Source of the DNA: an uncultured Gammaproteobacteria bacterium | GTDB lineage: Bacteria; Pseudomonadota; Gammaproteobacteria; Chromatiales; Chromatiaceae | Reading direction: 5' to 3' | Length of the DNA: 64,000 nucleotides | Assembly: GCA_963698355.1 (NCBI GenBank) | Contig: CAVOQO010000076.1 | Span: forward strand, 42,420-106,419 | Shown: in pieces, positions 20,372-30,940 of the stretch | Position numbering within the stretch: position 1 is the stretch's first letter | Layout: every line of letters begins with the position of its first letter | The notes under the pieces: generated by a model | The model's database searches: none | The model's input: the letters and a program-made list of their open reading frames with translations, nothing else | What the model was told of the DNA's origin: nothing | Translations under genes and position numbers: made by a program

Positions 20372-21313
20372 TCACCCTGGGGGCCAGTTTTCACTCGCCT
20401 CCGCCCCGGTGCTCATGACTCCCTCCGCCTCCAACGCGATAAGCAGATCCCGAGGCAGACACAGGACCCAGGCGCGGTTGATCGACCCCGGGGCGCCGGG
20501 CATCCAGCGTGGCGGCGCGTCCTGTGACACCTCCACCAGGTAGTAGGAGCCGAGCACACCGGAATAGGACTTAGGGTCCTGCAGCACGCTCTCCCGTGCC
20601 CAATCCGCGACCAACCCGGCCTCGGCATAGACCCGAGCCAGCAGCTTCCTGGCCCCCTGTTCGGCGATCAAGCCGATAATCAGCAGGCGCTTATAGGCGC
20701 TGTCTGCGTCTAGGTCTTCACCCCCATAGAGTGCGTCCCCCCCAGGGACGACCACGTCCTGCAGCCGACCCATATGATAGGCATACAAGTCGTGGGCCTC
20801 CTGCCAGGTGTTCGGAGGCAGGGGCCACCCCCGGAGCATGCTGAGCTCCAGTTGCCGGTCGAGGCAGCTCAGCATGGTGTGCACCAGCCAGAGGCGAGCG
20901 TAGTCTCGCTCGGCCACTTCGGTGCTGCGGGCGACATCCAGCGCCTCCAATGTCTGCTTGAGGTTCTTAAAGCTCAGGCACCACAGCCGCTGCTCGAGTG
21001 ACAGCGGACCTGACTGGGCACCGGTCAAACCGCCGCCGGAACCGCTGGTCCTGGGAAGCCCCCTGCTCAGGTTGCGGACGACCGCCATCAGCCGGTGCAT
21101 GACGTCGAGGCGCCGAGGCGCCTCCAGCGGTGCCACATGCAGCCGCTCCAGCTTCAGCAAGAGGCTCATGAGCATGCTGCTGGAGCCCTGATCGGCAAGG
21201 CGCTCCAGCCAACGATCAAAGGTGCCTGGCTCAAAATCGCGCGCGTTCACCTCCCGTATGAACGGGGCCTCGGACTGATAGCAGCTGTCGGCAGACACGG
21301 ACTGGACGGACAT
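20372..21313 (-). CDS. Hypothetical protein resembling the FimW N-terminal helical region (paralog 1)
   Basis: LEQRL, LPPNTWQEAHDLY, AYKRLLIIG and VEVSQDAPP; ATG at 21313 chosen, start uncertain. Confidence 0.6.
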   Translation of the reverse strand: MSVQSVSADSCYQSEAPFIREVNARDFEPGTFDRWLERLADQGSSSMLMSLLLKLERLHVAPLEAPRRLDVMHRLMAVVRNLSRGLPRTSGSGGGLTGAQSGPLSLEQRLWCLSFKNLKQTLEALDVARSTEVAERDYARLWLVHTMLSCLDRQLELSMLRGWPLPPNTWQEAHDLYAYHMGRLQDVVVPGGDALYGGEDLDADSAYKRLLIIGLIAEQGARKLLARVYAEAGLVADWARESVLQDPKSYSGVLGSYYLVEVSQDAPPRWMPGAPGSINRAWVLCLPRDLLIALEAEGVMSTGAEASENWPPG

Positions 21314-21533
21314 GGGCAAAGACCCTTCGACGGCGTGACGAGGTAGGCTTGCAGCGCTTGGACGACTGGGCTCCAGATCCATGTTGGCGCTCTTCGTTAC
21401 GCGATGAATGATGCCGATCCTTCGGAATGTCTGCGCTTCCGCGGTCGGGATCTCAGCGGCCGCATCCGAGAAGCCGCCCGTTGCCGACCGGCAGAGCCAT
21501 CGACGCGGTCCCGGCGCCGTCGGCACCTGCCGC

Positions 21534-23510
21534 TTACTCCCCTTCTCCTCCGACGACGCCGGCTCCGGCATCCGCTCCCACATCGGAACCCGCCGCGACT
21601 GCCGCCCCAAGCGAAAAAAAGTCCCGGACCTCCGCGATGTCCCGGGTCCGCGCCATGGGGGGCAGGCTGGCGAGGAAGGTGTGACCGTAGGAACGCCCGA
21701 GGAGTCGCGGGTCACACACCACGAGCACCCCCCGGTCCTCCGAGCCTCGGATCAACCGCCCCGCCCCCTGTTTGAGTGCGATCACCGCCTGGGGCAGCTG
21801 GAAGTCCCGAAACGGGTTGCCTCCCTGCCGTCGCAGGGCCTCGATGCGCGCCGCCAGGACCGGGTCCCCGGGGGAGGCAAAGGGCAGCCGGTCGATGATG
21901 ACGCAGGACAGGGCCTCGCCACGGACATCCACCCCCTCCCAGAAGCTGGATGTCCCGAGCAGCACGGCATCCCCCAGTTCCCGAAAGCGTTCCAGCAACT
22001 CGGCCCGGGGGGCAGTGCCCTGGATCAAGACTGGATAGTCGATCCGGCCTTCCAGCCCGGCTGCGACCTCCCGCAGGGCCCGATAACTGGTAAAGAGTAC
22101 GAAGGCCCGCCCCCGGCTGTAGCCGACCAGCTCACAGACCAGATCAAGGACCCGCTCGTTGTACGCCTGGTCGGAGGGATCCGGCATGCCCCGCGGCACG
22201 AACCAGAGCGCCTGGCTGGAATAGTCGAACGGGCTGTCCCAGCGCTCGCTGATTGTCGAATCGATGCCGAGCTGTCCGGCGAAGTGGCCGAAGCCCTCGC
22301 CCACCGCCAGCGTCGCGGAGGTGAAGACCCAGGCGGCGCGGGTCCGGGCGAATTGCTCGCGAAAGACGTCCGCGACCTGGAGCGGCGTCTGATGCAGCCG
22401 AAAGCCTCGGCCCTGGGTTTCGTACCAGCGCACCTGCTCCGGCGACTCCTCGGCGGTGAGCAGGGCGAGCCGTGCCGCCAGATCGCCGGCTCGGAGGAGA
22501 CAGGCGTCGAGGCCCTTGCCGCGGCCCTCCAGGGCTCTGAGTCCTTCCGCGAGGGCGCGAAGACGCCGCGACAAGCTGTCCAGGGCGCTGATCACGGCAG
22601 GGTCGGCAACCAGCTCGAACCACGGACCGCGCCGGCTGGTCTCGCCCAAACGCAGTCGCAGCTCCTGGGCGGCCCGGCGCAACCCGGCGGCCCGCTCGGG
22701 AAGCTCCGGGACGTCGCCCGCCTCCCGCTGATACTCCAGCTCGGTGTCGCGGGCAAGATCCAGCAGCTGGCGACCGCTGACCGCGGTGCCGAAGAAACTG
22801 CTGGCCACTTCGGGCAGCTGATGCGCCTCGTCCAGGATAAAGCAGTCCGCCCCCGGCAGGATCTCCCCGAAGCCTTCGTCCTTCAGGGCCAGGTCCGCGC
22901 AGAAGAGATGATGGTTGACCACCACCACGTCGGCGGCCTGCGCCTCCCGCCGCGCGGCGACGAGGTGGCAGACCTGCCAATCCGGGCAGGTCTGACCGAG
23001 GCAATTGTCGCTGGTGGAGGTGACCGCCGGCCACACCGGCGCGTCCTCGGGGATGGTCAGCTCGGCGATATCACCCCGCCGGGTCGCCTTGGACCAATCC
23101 TGGACCTGGCGCAACAGCCGGCGGGTGTCCGGATCCCAACTCGCGGGGTCCGCCAGAGACAGCGACAGCCGGTGCCGACACAGGTAATTGGACCGACCCT
23201 TGAGCAGGGCCGCCCGCACCGGGACGCTCAGGGCCTCGCGCACCAGCGGGAGGTCCCGATGAAACAGCTGGTCCTGAAGGTTCTTGGTGCCCGTGGAGAT
23301 GAGCACCTTGCGCCCAGACAGCAGCGCTGGCACCAGGTAGGCGAAGGTCTTACCAGTGCCCGTGCCGGCCTCGCAGATCAGGGTCTGGCCGGCCTCCAGG
23401 ACCCTGGCGATACGCTCCGCCATGGCCTGCTGCTGGGCCCGGTAGGCGAAGCCGGGGAGCCGCTCGGCCAGCGCTCCACGGGGACCGAAGACGTCTGAGA
23501 GGTCGACCAT
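21534..23510 (-). CDS. yoaA: DinG/YoaA family ATP-dependent DNA helicase
   Basis: EAGTGTGKT, Fe-S cysteines, DEAH, FWEGVDV and KQGAGRLIR. Confidence 0.93.
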   Translation of the reverse strand: MVDLSDVFGPRGALAERLPGFAYRAQQQAMAERIARVLEAGQTLICEAGTGTGKTFAYLVPALLSGRKVLISTGTKNLQDQLFHRDLPLVREALSVPVRAALLKGRSNYLCRHRLSLSLADPASWDPDTRRLLRQVQDWSKATRRGDIAELTIPEDAPVWPAVTSTSDNCLGQTCPDWQVCHLVAARREAQAADVVVVNHHLFCADLALKDEGFGEILPGADCFILDEAHQLPEVASSFFGTAVSGRQLLDLARDTELEYQREAGDVPELPERAAGLRRAAQELRLRLGETSRRGPWFELVADPAVISALDSLSRRLRALAEGLRALEGRGKGLDACLLRAGDLAARLALLTAEESPEQVRWYETQGRGFRLHQTPLQVADVFREQFARTRAAWVFTSATLAVGEGFGHFAGQLGIDSTISERWDSPFDYSSQALWFVPRGMPDPSDQAYNERVLDLVCELVGYSRGRAFVLFTSYRALREVAAGLEGRIDYPVLIQGTAPRAELLERFRELGDAVLLGTSSFWEGVDVRGEALSCVIIDRLPFASPGDPVLAARIEALRRQGGNPFRDFQLPQAVIALKQGAGRLIRGSEDRGVLVVCDPRLLGRSYGHTFLASLPPMARTRDIAEVRDFFSLGAAVAAGSDVGADAGAGVVGGEGE

Positions 23511-23569
23511 GACACCAAGACGGCGGCGGTCAGCCCTTGTCCGCTAGCCGCAGACGGACCGACGCAGGA

Positions 23570-24478
23570 TCAGCCGCCGCCCGCCCGCTGCTCCGCCTCG
23601 CCCGCACCCACGGTGTCACCCGCACGGCGGCGTGCCTCCGCGATGATGCGCCAGTTGTCCTTCTTGATGGCGGACTGGTTCCCCGCCAGGTCGTTGGAAC
23701 GGGCGGCCAGCTGTCCGGCCTGGGCGGACAGTCCTTGCTCCATGCGCACCCGCGCCAGGCGGTTCCACAGGTAGGCCTCCCGCGGTGCGATCCGCAGGGA
23801 GCGCTCCAGAGAGGCCGCCGCGCCCGCATAGTCCCCCGTCTGGCGCTGCTGCTCCGCCTGCCGCGCCAAGCTGTCCGCCGCCGGGGGCAACCCCGGGGCC
23901 ACCGGCTTGTCGGCCGGCGCGGGCGGCGCGGCGGCAGGCGCTGGAGCAGTGGCCGAGGCCACCTGGGTCGGCGGCTGGGGCCGGGCTTGAGGAGCAGGCG
24001 CCGGCCGCGGTTTCTCGGCGGGGGCCGCGGCGGGCGGCGCCGTCTTTGCCGCGGGCGGTGCTGGCGTCTTGGCCACGGGTGGCGCCTCTGATTTCGCCGC
24101 CGGCGGTGTTGCGGTCTTCGGTGTCGGAGCGGGTGCACCCGCCGCAGCGACCTGGCCCTTCGCGGCCGGCGCTGCCGGGGCACCCGCGGTCGTCTGGGGC
24201 GGCGGTGCGACCGGCGGCACGGCCGCGGGCGGCGGCTCGGGCTCGCTCCCGGGCTCCTGGTAGGCGTAAGTCCGCGTCTGCTTCTTCGCCGGGGCCGCCG
24301 GCTTTGGCTTTGGCTTCGGCACGTTCTCCGGGACCGGCTCGGGGGGTGACTCGACCCCCTGACGGGGGGTCACGCTCACCACGGGCGCCGGCGGGCCCTC
24401 CCGAATGCCCGTCGCGCAGGCACCGATGCCCAGGGTGAGAGCCAGAATGGGAATCAGCTTGAGGGTTGATTCAGACAT
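23570..24478 (-). CDS. TPR lipoprotein with long Pro/Ala linker, probable LpoP-type PBP1B activator
   Basis: Lipobox IGAC, low-complexity linker, C-terminal TPR (AAASLERSLRIAPR); immediately downstream of mrcB as in Pseudomonas ponB-lpoP. Confidence 0.8.
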   Translation of the reverse strand: MSESTLKLIPILALTLGIGACATGIREGPPAPVVSVTPRQGVESPPEPVPENVPKPKPKPAAPAKKQTRTYAYQEPGSEPEPPPAAVPPVAPPPQTTAGAPAAPAAKGQVAAAGAPAPTPKTATPPAAKSEAPPVAKTPAPPAAKTAPPAAAPAEKPRPAPAPQARPQPPTQVASATAPAPAAAPPAPADKPVAPGLPPAADSLARQAEQQRQTGDYAGAAASLERSLRIAPREAYLWNRLARVRMEQGLSAQAGQLAARSNDLAGNQSAIKKDNWRIIAEARRRAGDTVGAGEAEQRAGGG

Positions 24479-24481
24479 CGC

Positions 24482-26920
24482 TTAGAGATCCAGAAAAAAA
24501 TTCTCGGGCTTCGGCTTGGGCTTCGGCTTGGGGTCTGCGGCCGAATCGCTCGGACCGGACCGCCTGGGCCGCGCCTGGGCAACGGTATCCGACGACTCGT
24601 CGGCCGGGGTCTTGGAGCCGCCGCCCCCACCGCCCTTCTCGCCGTCCCCACCGCCCTTCTGGCCGCCGCCACCGCAGGCCGCGCCGCTGCTCGTGCTGAT
24701 ATAGGGCACGCCGGTTCGCCCGCACACCCCGGACAGCACCACGCCCTCCGGAGGCGACTCGACCAGCGGCTCATTGGGCAAGGCCAACATGAACTCGGCC
24801 CACACCGGCAGTGCGCCCTGCCCGCCAGCGAGCCCCATGGGCTTGTTGTCGTCCCGACCGACCCACACCACGGCGACCTTGTCCCCACTGAATCCGGCGA
24901 ACCAGCTATCGCGCTTGTCGTCCGTGGTGCCCGTCTTGCCGGCCATGGTCAGGCCCTTGGGCAGCCGCGAACCCAGCCACTTGGCGGTGCCCTGGGTGAC
25001 CACCTTCTGCATGGCCCACGTCGTCAGGTAGGCCGCTCGCGGATCCACCACCGCATCCACTGCCAGTGGATACCGGTTGAGCGGCCGGCCGCTCTGGTCC
25101 ATGACCTCGCGGATGGCGCGCAGGGGGGCCCGGTAGCCCCCGGCGGCGATGGTCTGATAGATCTGCGCCACCTCCAGCGGAGACAGTGGAACCGCCCCCA
25201 GCAGCATGGCCGGGACGGCCTTGAATCGGCGCTGGGCCCCAAGCCGGTACAGGGTCTCGGAGACCTTACTCAGACCGACGCTCATCCCCAGATTGACGGT
25301 CGCGAGATTCAGCGAGCGGGCCAGGGCCTGATACAGGGGGACGGGTCCGCTGACCCGGTGATCGTAGTTCTTCGGTGACCAAACCTTGCCTCCGCTCATT
25401 CGCAGGGTGTAGGGCTGATCCTGGATGGTGGTGGTCAGGGTGTAACGCGAGGGCTCCGACAGGGCGGCCAGATAGATCGCAGGCTTCACCAGGGAGCCGA
25501 TGGAACGGGTCGCATCAAGGGCCCGGTTGAAACCCGCGTAGCCCATCTGGCGGCCTCCCGCGAGCGCCAGCACTTCTCCCTGGGCGACAGAGGTCACGAC
25601 CGCGGCCGTCTCCAAGGTACCCGCGCGCATACGGCGTGACTTCTCGAGCCCAGCCAACCGCTTGGGCAAGGCCGATTCCACCGTTGACTGCACCAGCGGG
25701 TCCAGCGTGGTGAAGACGCGCAGGCCCTCGGATCGCAGGTCCTCGTCCCGGTAGTCCCGCTGGAGCTGGCGGCGCACCAGTTGGATGAAGTCCGGATACT
25801 CGCCCGCCGGGCGCCCGCCTCCGTCCCGCAGGCCGAGTGGAGCGGCCTTGGCCCGTTCGGCCTGCTCGGGACTGACGACCCCGTCGCGCGCCATGATGTC
25901 CAGCACCAGGTTTCGGCGTGCGAGGGCCACGTCGGGGAAACGGCGCGGATCGTACTTCGCGGGCGCCTGGACCAGGCCCACCAGGAGCGCGATCTCGGGG
26001 AGGCCGAGCTCGTTCAGGCCACGATTGAAATAGAAGCTGCTCGCCAGCCCGAAACCGTGGATCCCCCGGCTCCCGTCCTGCCCCAGGTAGATCTCGTTCG
26101 CATAGGCCTCCAGGATCTCATCCTTGCCGTAGCGCCGCTCCAGGAGCAGCGCCATGTAGGCCTCTTTGAGCTTGCGCGAGAGGGTACGGTCGGCGGAAAG
26201 ATAAAAGTTCTTGACCAGCTGCTGGGTCAGGGTGCTGGCCCCCTCCACCACGCCCCCCGCCTGCAGGTTGTGGTAGACCGCTCGCAGGATGCCCCGGGGG
26301 TCCACCCCCTCGTGGCTGAAGAAGCTGCGGTCCTCCACCGCGAGCAGGCTCTTCACCAACAGATCCGGCAGGTCCTTGCGGCGCAGCAGCACCCGGTCTT
26401 CGTTATGGGTGGGATAGACATTGGCGATCAGCACCGGGTCCAGACGGGCCAGGGCCGGGTCCGGCCCACCGCCGGCGTCGTGCATCGACGCCACCCGATC
26501 GCCCGTGATCTCCAGGTCCAGGAAGCGCTCCGGCTCCTCCCCGTCCCAGAAGCGGAAGGACCGGGTGCGCACCCGGAAATGGTCCTCCTCGCGCTGGAAG
26601 GACCCAGGGATCGAGGGCTGGGCCATCGCCCGATAATTCAGGCGCTCCAACTCGCCCTGAAACTGATCCGGCGTCAGGGTCCGGCTGGCATAGAGCTCCA
26701 GGGAGCGGGCATAGACACGGGCAGGCAGCGCCCAGCGCTTTCCTTCGAACTTGCCGCGCACCACCCGATCGAGGTGCACGCCGTAAAGGACGCCGGCGAG
26801 ACCGACACCCACGGCGACAAGCAGCAACCAGCGCAGCAGGACGGTCCCCAGGCCGCGCGAACGGCGCGGAGTGGGGGGACGTCTGGCACCTGAGCGGGAA
26901 CGCGAAGGAGGCTGGGACAC
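24482..26920 (-). CDS. mrcB: Penicillin-binding protein 1B
   Basis: TM anchor, UB2H region, EDRSFFSH and GASTLTQQLVKN glycosyltransferase motifs, SLVK, SLN and KTG transpeptidase motifs. Confidence 0.96.
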   Translation of the reverse strand: MSQPPSRSRSGARRPPTPRRSRGLGTVLLRWLLLVAVGVGLAGVLYGVHLDRVVRGKFEGKRWALPARVYARSLELYASRTLTPDQFQGELERLNYRAMAQPSIPGSFQREEDHFRVRTRSFRFWDGEEPERFLDLEITGDRVASMHDAGGGPDPALARLDPVLIANVYPTHNEDRVLLRRKDLPDLLVKSLLAVEDRSFFSHEGVDPRGILRAVYHNLQAGGVVEGASTLTQQLVKNFYLSADRTLSRKLKEAYMALLLERRYGKDEILEAYANEIYLGQDGSRGIHGFGLASSFYFNRGLNELGLPEIALLVGLVQAPAKYDPRRFPDVALARRNLVLDIMARDGVVSPEQAERAKAAPLGLRDGGGRPAGEYPDFIQLVRRQLQRDYRDEDLRSEGLRVFTTLDPLVQSTVESALPKRLAGLEKSRRMRAGTLETAAVVTSVAQGEVLALAGGRQMGYAGFNRALDATRSIGSLVKPAIYLAALSEPSRYTLTTTIQDQPYTLRMSGGKVWSPKNYDHRVSGPVPLYQALARSLNLATVNLGMSVGLSKVSETLYRLGAQRRFKAVPAMLLGAVPLSPLEVAQIYQTIAAGGYRAPLRAIREVMDQSGRPLNRYPLAVDAVVDPRAAYLTTWAMQKVVTQGTAKWLGSRLPKGLTMAGKTGTTDDKRDSWFAGFSGDKVAVVWVGRDDNKPMGLAGGQGALPVWAEFMLALPNEPLVESPPEGVVLSGVCGRTGVPYISTSSGAACGGGGQKGGGDGEKGGGGGGSKTPADESSDTVAQARPRRSGPSDSAADPKPKPKPKPENFFLDL

Positions 26921-27233
26921 GGATCAGAACCGCGCCTGCAGGGAGGCAGGCAGCGCGGCGGCGATGCCCGTCGCGCAGAAAAATCGTTGATACATCAGCG
27001 GGACTTGGACTGTCGTCTTGACAAGATTTCAATGGGCTATGGTCCCATTTGCGCCCCGCGGACACAACCGCAGCCGACAGACCGGCCGGCCATCGCGCCA
27101 GTCATCGTGGAAGCTCAGGGCGCGTTGCAGACTGTTGAGCGTTCTGCGCAGCCGCCGCCCCGGCCCGGCAGGCGCGACAACACATGCTGGGGGGATTCCC
27201 GGTGATCCGCGGACAGCCGCCCGGCGCGCGGGC

Positions 27234-29273
27234 TCAAGCGGAGCCGGCGAAGGCGGGATAGACCAGATCCAGATCCGACAGAGGCTTGGCCGGGCCTGAG
27301 GGGCGATAGGCCGCATAGCGGCTGAGCTCGCCCGCCGGCACGCGCCCGATGACCTGCTCGATCTCCGTGAGGCGGGCGCCCTGGCGCACCAGATAGCAGA
27401 TGTAGGTGTGGCGCAGGGCACCCACCCCGATCTCCGCCGGATGGGCCAGGCCCGCATCATGGGCGAGCAGTCCGATCCGGGTGCTCAAGCCATCCACTCC
27501 GGCGCTCCCGGAGGCCCCGGACCACAGGGGCAAGGGGCGATGTGACGCGAGATGGCTGACGAGCTCGGGGCCGAGGGTCAGGGTCCGCCCCTCACCAGGT
27601 GCCCGCACCAGGCCCGCGTCGAGATCGAAATCCGCTTCGGCCAGATCTGCACACTCCTGCGGCGTGAGGCCACACAGCAGGAGCCCGATGAGCTGTCGGG
27701 TCGCGGGGTCCGCCAGCTCGGTGAGCGCCCGGACCTCCCCGATCAGAAGCTCCCTCAGGATGCTCCCAGGCAGGCTCGGGGTTTCAGCCTGAGCAATCGA
27801 TTCCGGGGACTGGTCGGCCAACCGTTCGACAGTCTCGCCGGACACGCCCGCAGCCGTGGGCGCGAAGACCCGTACGCCGGTGACCGGCAGCGCATCGTCC
27901 TCGTCACGGGTGCGCCGGCTGAGGAACTCGACCAGCAGGACCGCCAGCAGGGCGCTCAGACCCGCGGCCGCCAGGGTATAGAGGAAGTCACGCCAGTAAT
28001 CGGGCTGGATCGGGGTGCGGGGGACAAACGCCGGCTCGATCACCTTCACCTGCGCGTAGCGCTCCGGCGCCTTGGCCTTGATCTCGACCAGGCGCCCTTC
28101 GAGCTCGCGATGCAGCTCGTCCAACTTTTCCAAGTCCTGTTTCAGGGTCTCGTAGCGCGCGTACCGGGCGGTGAAGCGCGACGCCTCGGAGCGGGCCACG
28201 GCGAGCTGCTGCTCCTGGACCTGGACCTGGCGGCGGGCACGCTCCAGGTCACGGCGCGCGGTCGAGCGCAGGTACTCCCGCCCCTCGGCCTTGAGCCGCG
28301 CGATATTCTCATCGAGGCTGCGTAACTCTCCCGGAAGGTCGCGCAGGGTCGGCTCGTTGTTCAGGTAGACCGCCGTGTAGCGCTTCTCCAACTCAGCCAG
28401 CCGGTTGCGTAGCTCATCGGCCTTCGACTCCAGCGCCACGAGATCGCCCTTCTCCGACTGGGGCACCACCGGCTCGCCGCGGGCGATCGCCTCCTCCAGG
28501 GCGGACTGCTCGGCCTCCGCCTTCACCTGCTCGGCACGCGCCTTGTTCAACTCCGCGGTGAGCGCATTGAGGCGCGCCAGGGCCTGATTGCCCTCGCTCT
28601 CCATGGTGTCGATGTCGTTGCGCTCCCGGTAGTCATTCAGCTCCGCCGCCTTCTCACGCTTGCTCGCGTCCAGCCGGTCGTATTCCTCCTGGAGCCGCGC
28701 CAGGGTCTGGTCCACATCGCTCTCCACCTGGCTCTGGCGCCGCGCCAGATAGGCCTCGGTCCAGGCGTTGACCAGGGCTGCAAGCTGCTCCGGGTCACCC
28801 CCGGTCGCCCCCATCTCAACCAGGTTGGTCTCGGGAGTGGACTGGACGTCGAGCATGTTTCGCAGTGAGTCCGGATCCAGACCGGCGAGCGAGCTGTTCT
28901 GCCGGACCGCACGCTCCAGGGTATCCGCGAGCAGGTCCCGAGCCAGCAGGATACGGCCTTGCACCGCCACGTTCTGGGTGTCGGCGCCGTCCTCGCCCGC
29001 GCTGAACCCGATCCCCTCGGGCACCTCCACGAGCGTCGTGGCGACTGCCCGGTACAGGGGCGGGCGGCTGAAGTTCCAGGCCGACCCGGCACCCAGCACC
29101 AGCAGGAAGACCAGGGCGAAGAGCTTGAAGCGACCGGAATGGCGCAGCGGTGTCTTGACGGTGCTCGGTCCCGCAGGCCGAGACAGGATCTCGACCTGAG
29201 GCCCCGCGGCGTCCCGACTCCCCATGGGGTGGTGGTCGTCGCGCTGCGCAATATCCTGGCTTGAGTCGGGCAC
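27234..29273 (-). CDS. Wzz/GumC-type polysaccharide co-polymerase fused to a degenerate tyrosine recombinase catalytic domain
   Basis: TM1 then PPLYRAVAT, long coiled coil, VIEPAFVPRTPIQP plus TM2; C-terminus LLLCGLTPQE...DFDLDAG...ALRHTYICYLVRQGARLTEIEQVIG...SRY. Confidence 0.8.
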   Translation of the reverse strand: MPDSSQDIAQRDDHHPMGSRDAAGPQVEILSRPAGPSTVKTPLRHSGRFKLFALVFLLVLGAGSAWNFSRPPLYRAVATTLVEVPEGIGFSAGEDGADTQNVAVQGRILLARDLLADTLERAVRQNSSLAGLDPDSLRNMLDVQSTPETNLVEMGATGGDPEQLAALVNAWTEAYLARRQSQVESDVDQTLARLQEEYDRLDASKREKAAELNDYRERNDIDTMESEGNQALARLNALTAELNKARAEQVKAEAEQSALEEAIARGEPVVPQSEKGDLVALESKADELRNRLAELEKRYTAVYLNNEPTLRDLPGELRSLDENIARLKAEGREYLRSTARRDLERARRQVQVQEQQLAVARSEASRFTARYARYETLKQDLEKLDELHRELEGRLVEIKAKAPERYAQVKVIEPAFVPRTPIQPDYWRDFLYTLAAAGLSALLAVLLVEFLSRRTRDEDDALPVTGVRVFAPTAAGVSGETVERLADQSPESIAQAETPSLPGSILRELLIGEVRALTELADPATRQLIGLLLCGLTPQECADLAEADFDLDAGLVRAPGEGRTLTLGPELVSHLASHRPLPLWSGASGSAGVDGLSTRIGLLAHDAGLAHPAEIGVGALRHTYICYLVRQGARLTEIEQVIGRVPAGELSRYAAYRPSGPAKPLSDLDLVYPAFAGSA

Positions 29274-29418
29274 GGCAGGTCTCCCGGTGTTGAATTGGGG
29301 TTACCAGTCAGGGGTCAGCCGAGAGGCTTGCGGGAAAGTCTACCCCGAATCGGCCGCTCATCCCGACCGGTCGAGCCGGATCAGGTAGCCGCCACCGTCT
29401 CAGGGTGCGGCGTGGATC

Positions 29419-30489
29419 TCAGGGTGCGGCGTGGTAAGGAGGGCTCAGCTCATGGACCGCAGCGACCATGGCCGCGGCGTGGTCCGGATTCACGTCCGGA
29501 GTAATGCCGTGGCCCAGGTTGAAGACATGACCGCTGCCCTGGCCGTAGCTCGCAAGCACGCCGGCAACCTCAGCGCGGATGCGCTCCGGGGAGGCGTAAA
29601 GCACGCAGGGGTCCAAATTCCCTTGTAGCGCCACCCGGTCGCGCACCAACCGGCGGGCGTCCGCGAGGTCCATGGTCCAGTCCACACCGAGCGCATCGCA
29701 CCCCGTCTCGGCCATGCGGTCCAGCCATTGGCCCCCGTTCTTGGTGAACAGGATGCTCGGCACCCGCCGGCCCTCCGACTCCCGGGTCAGTCCCGCCACC
29801 ACCCGCTCCATATAGGCCAGCGAGAACTCCCGATATTTCGCCGGCGACAGTGCACCGCCCCAGGTATCGAAGATCATGACCGCCTGGGCGCCGCGGGCGA
29901 TCTGGGCATTGAGATAGACCGTAACCGCATCCGCCACCTTGGCGAGGAGGGTATGGAGCAGCTCCGGGCGGTCGTACAGCATGGACTTGGTATGGCGGTA
30001 GGTCTTGCTCCCGCCCCCTTCCACCATGTAAGTCGCCAGCGTCCAAGGGCTGCCGGAGAAGCCGATCAGGGGCACCCGCCCATCGAGCGCAGCGCGGATG
30101 GTGCTCACGGCATCCATCACGTAGCGCAGCCCCCCCTCCGGATCGGGCACCGCGATCCGCTCCACGTCGGACTCGGAGCGCACCGGACGCTCGAAGTGCG
30201 GCCCCTCTCCATCGCTGAAATAGAGCCCCAAGCCCATGGCGTCCGGCACCGTGAGGATATCCGAGAACAGGATGGCGGCATCCAGAGGAAAACGCTCCAG
30301 AGGCTGCAGGGTCACCTCGCAGGCCAGTTCCGGGTTCTTGCACAGGTCCATGAAGCTCCCGGCCCTGGCGCGGGTGGCGCGGTACTCCGGCAGGTAACGG
30401 CCCGCCTGGCGCATCATCCACACGGGGGTGTAGCTCACGGGCTCACGCAGCAGGGCGCGCAGGAAGGTATCGTTCTTGAGATCAGTCAC
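29419..30489 (-). CDS. hemE: Uroporphyrinogen decarboxylase
   Basis: [25 protein letters not shown] and HVFNLGHGI; GTG start at 30489. Confidence 0.97.
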   Translation of the reverse strand: MTDLKNDTFLRALLREPVSYTPVWMMRQAGRYLPEYRATRARAGSFMDLCKNPELACEVTLQPLERFPLDAAILFSDILTVPDAMGLGLYFSDGEGPHFERPVRSESDVERIAVPDPEGGLRYVMDAVSTIRAALDGRVPLIGFSGSPWTLATYMVEGGGSKTYRHTKSMLYDRPELLHTLLAKVADAVTVYLNAQIARGAQAVMIFDTWGGALSPAKYREFSLAYMERVVAGLTRESEGRRVPSILFTKNGGQWLDRMAETGCDALGVDWTMDLADARRLVRDRVALQGNLDPCVLYASPERIRAEVAGVLASYGQGSGHVFNLGHGITPDVNPDHAAAMVAAVHELSPPYHAAP

Positions 30490-30637
30490 GTCCGGTGGCT
30501 TCCGAAGAGTCAAAGGCTGGGCGAACCCCTCGGGCCGCTGGGGTCGGAGGATACTACAGGCCGCGGCCTCGCTTAGGAGCGGGTCCACGCCAAGAAGCTG
30601 TACCACGTGAAATTGGCGGCTCGCCGAAAGGCGCCGC

Positions 30638-30928
30638 TCAGGCCACGCGCTGGATCTCCTTCACGACGTCGCCGATCGCCGCCTCGGCGAGCTCCAGCTC
30701 GTACTTGTCCTGGAGTGCCATCCAGAAGGTAGCGGAGGTGCCAAAATAGCGCCCGAGGCGCAGTGCGGTGTCCGCCGTGATGGCGCGCTTTCTATGCACG
30801 ATCTCGTTGATGCGGCGGGGCGGCACCCGGATATCCATCGCCGCCCGATACTGGCTGATACCGAGCTCGGCGAGAAACTCGGCCAGGTGCTCGCCCGGAT
30901 GAATGGGTGCGATACGCTCGTTGCTCAT
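30638..30928 (-). CDS. higA: HigA family antitoxin (HTH)
   Basis: [39 protein letters not shown]. Confidence 0.93.
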   Translation of the reverse strand: MSNERIAPIHPGEHLAEFLAELGISQYRAAMDIRVPPRRINEIVHRKRAITADTALRLGRYFGTSATFWMALQDKYELELAEAAIGDVVKEIQRVA

Positions 30929-30940
30929 ATCCGGCCTTCT

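Noticed and set aside
21408-23498. 696-aa plus-strand ORF
   Set aside because: Antisense shadow of the yoaA helicase.
27234-27760. Active integrase marking a prophage or island
   Set aside because: Most catalytic residues are substituted, the domain is fused to a membrane protein, and the flanks are housekeeping genes.
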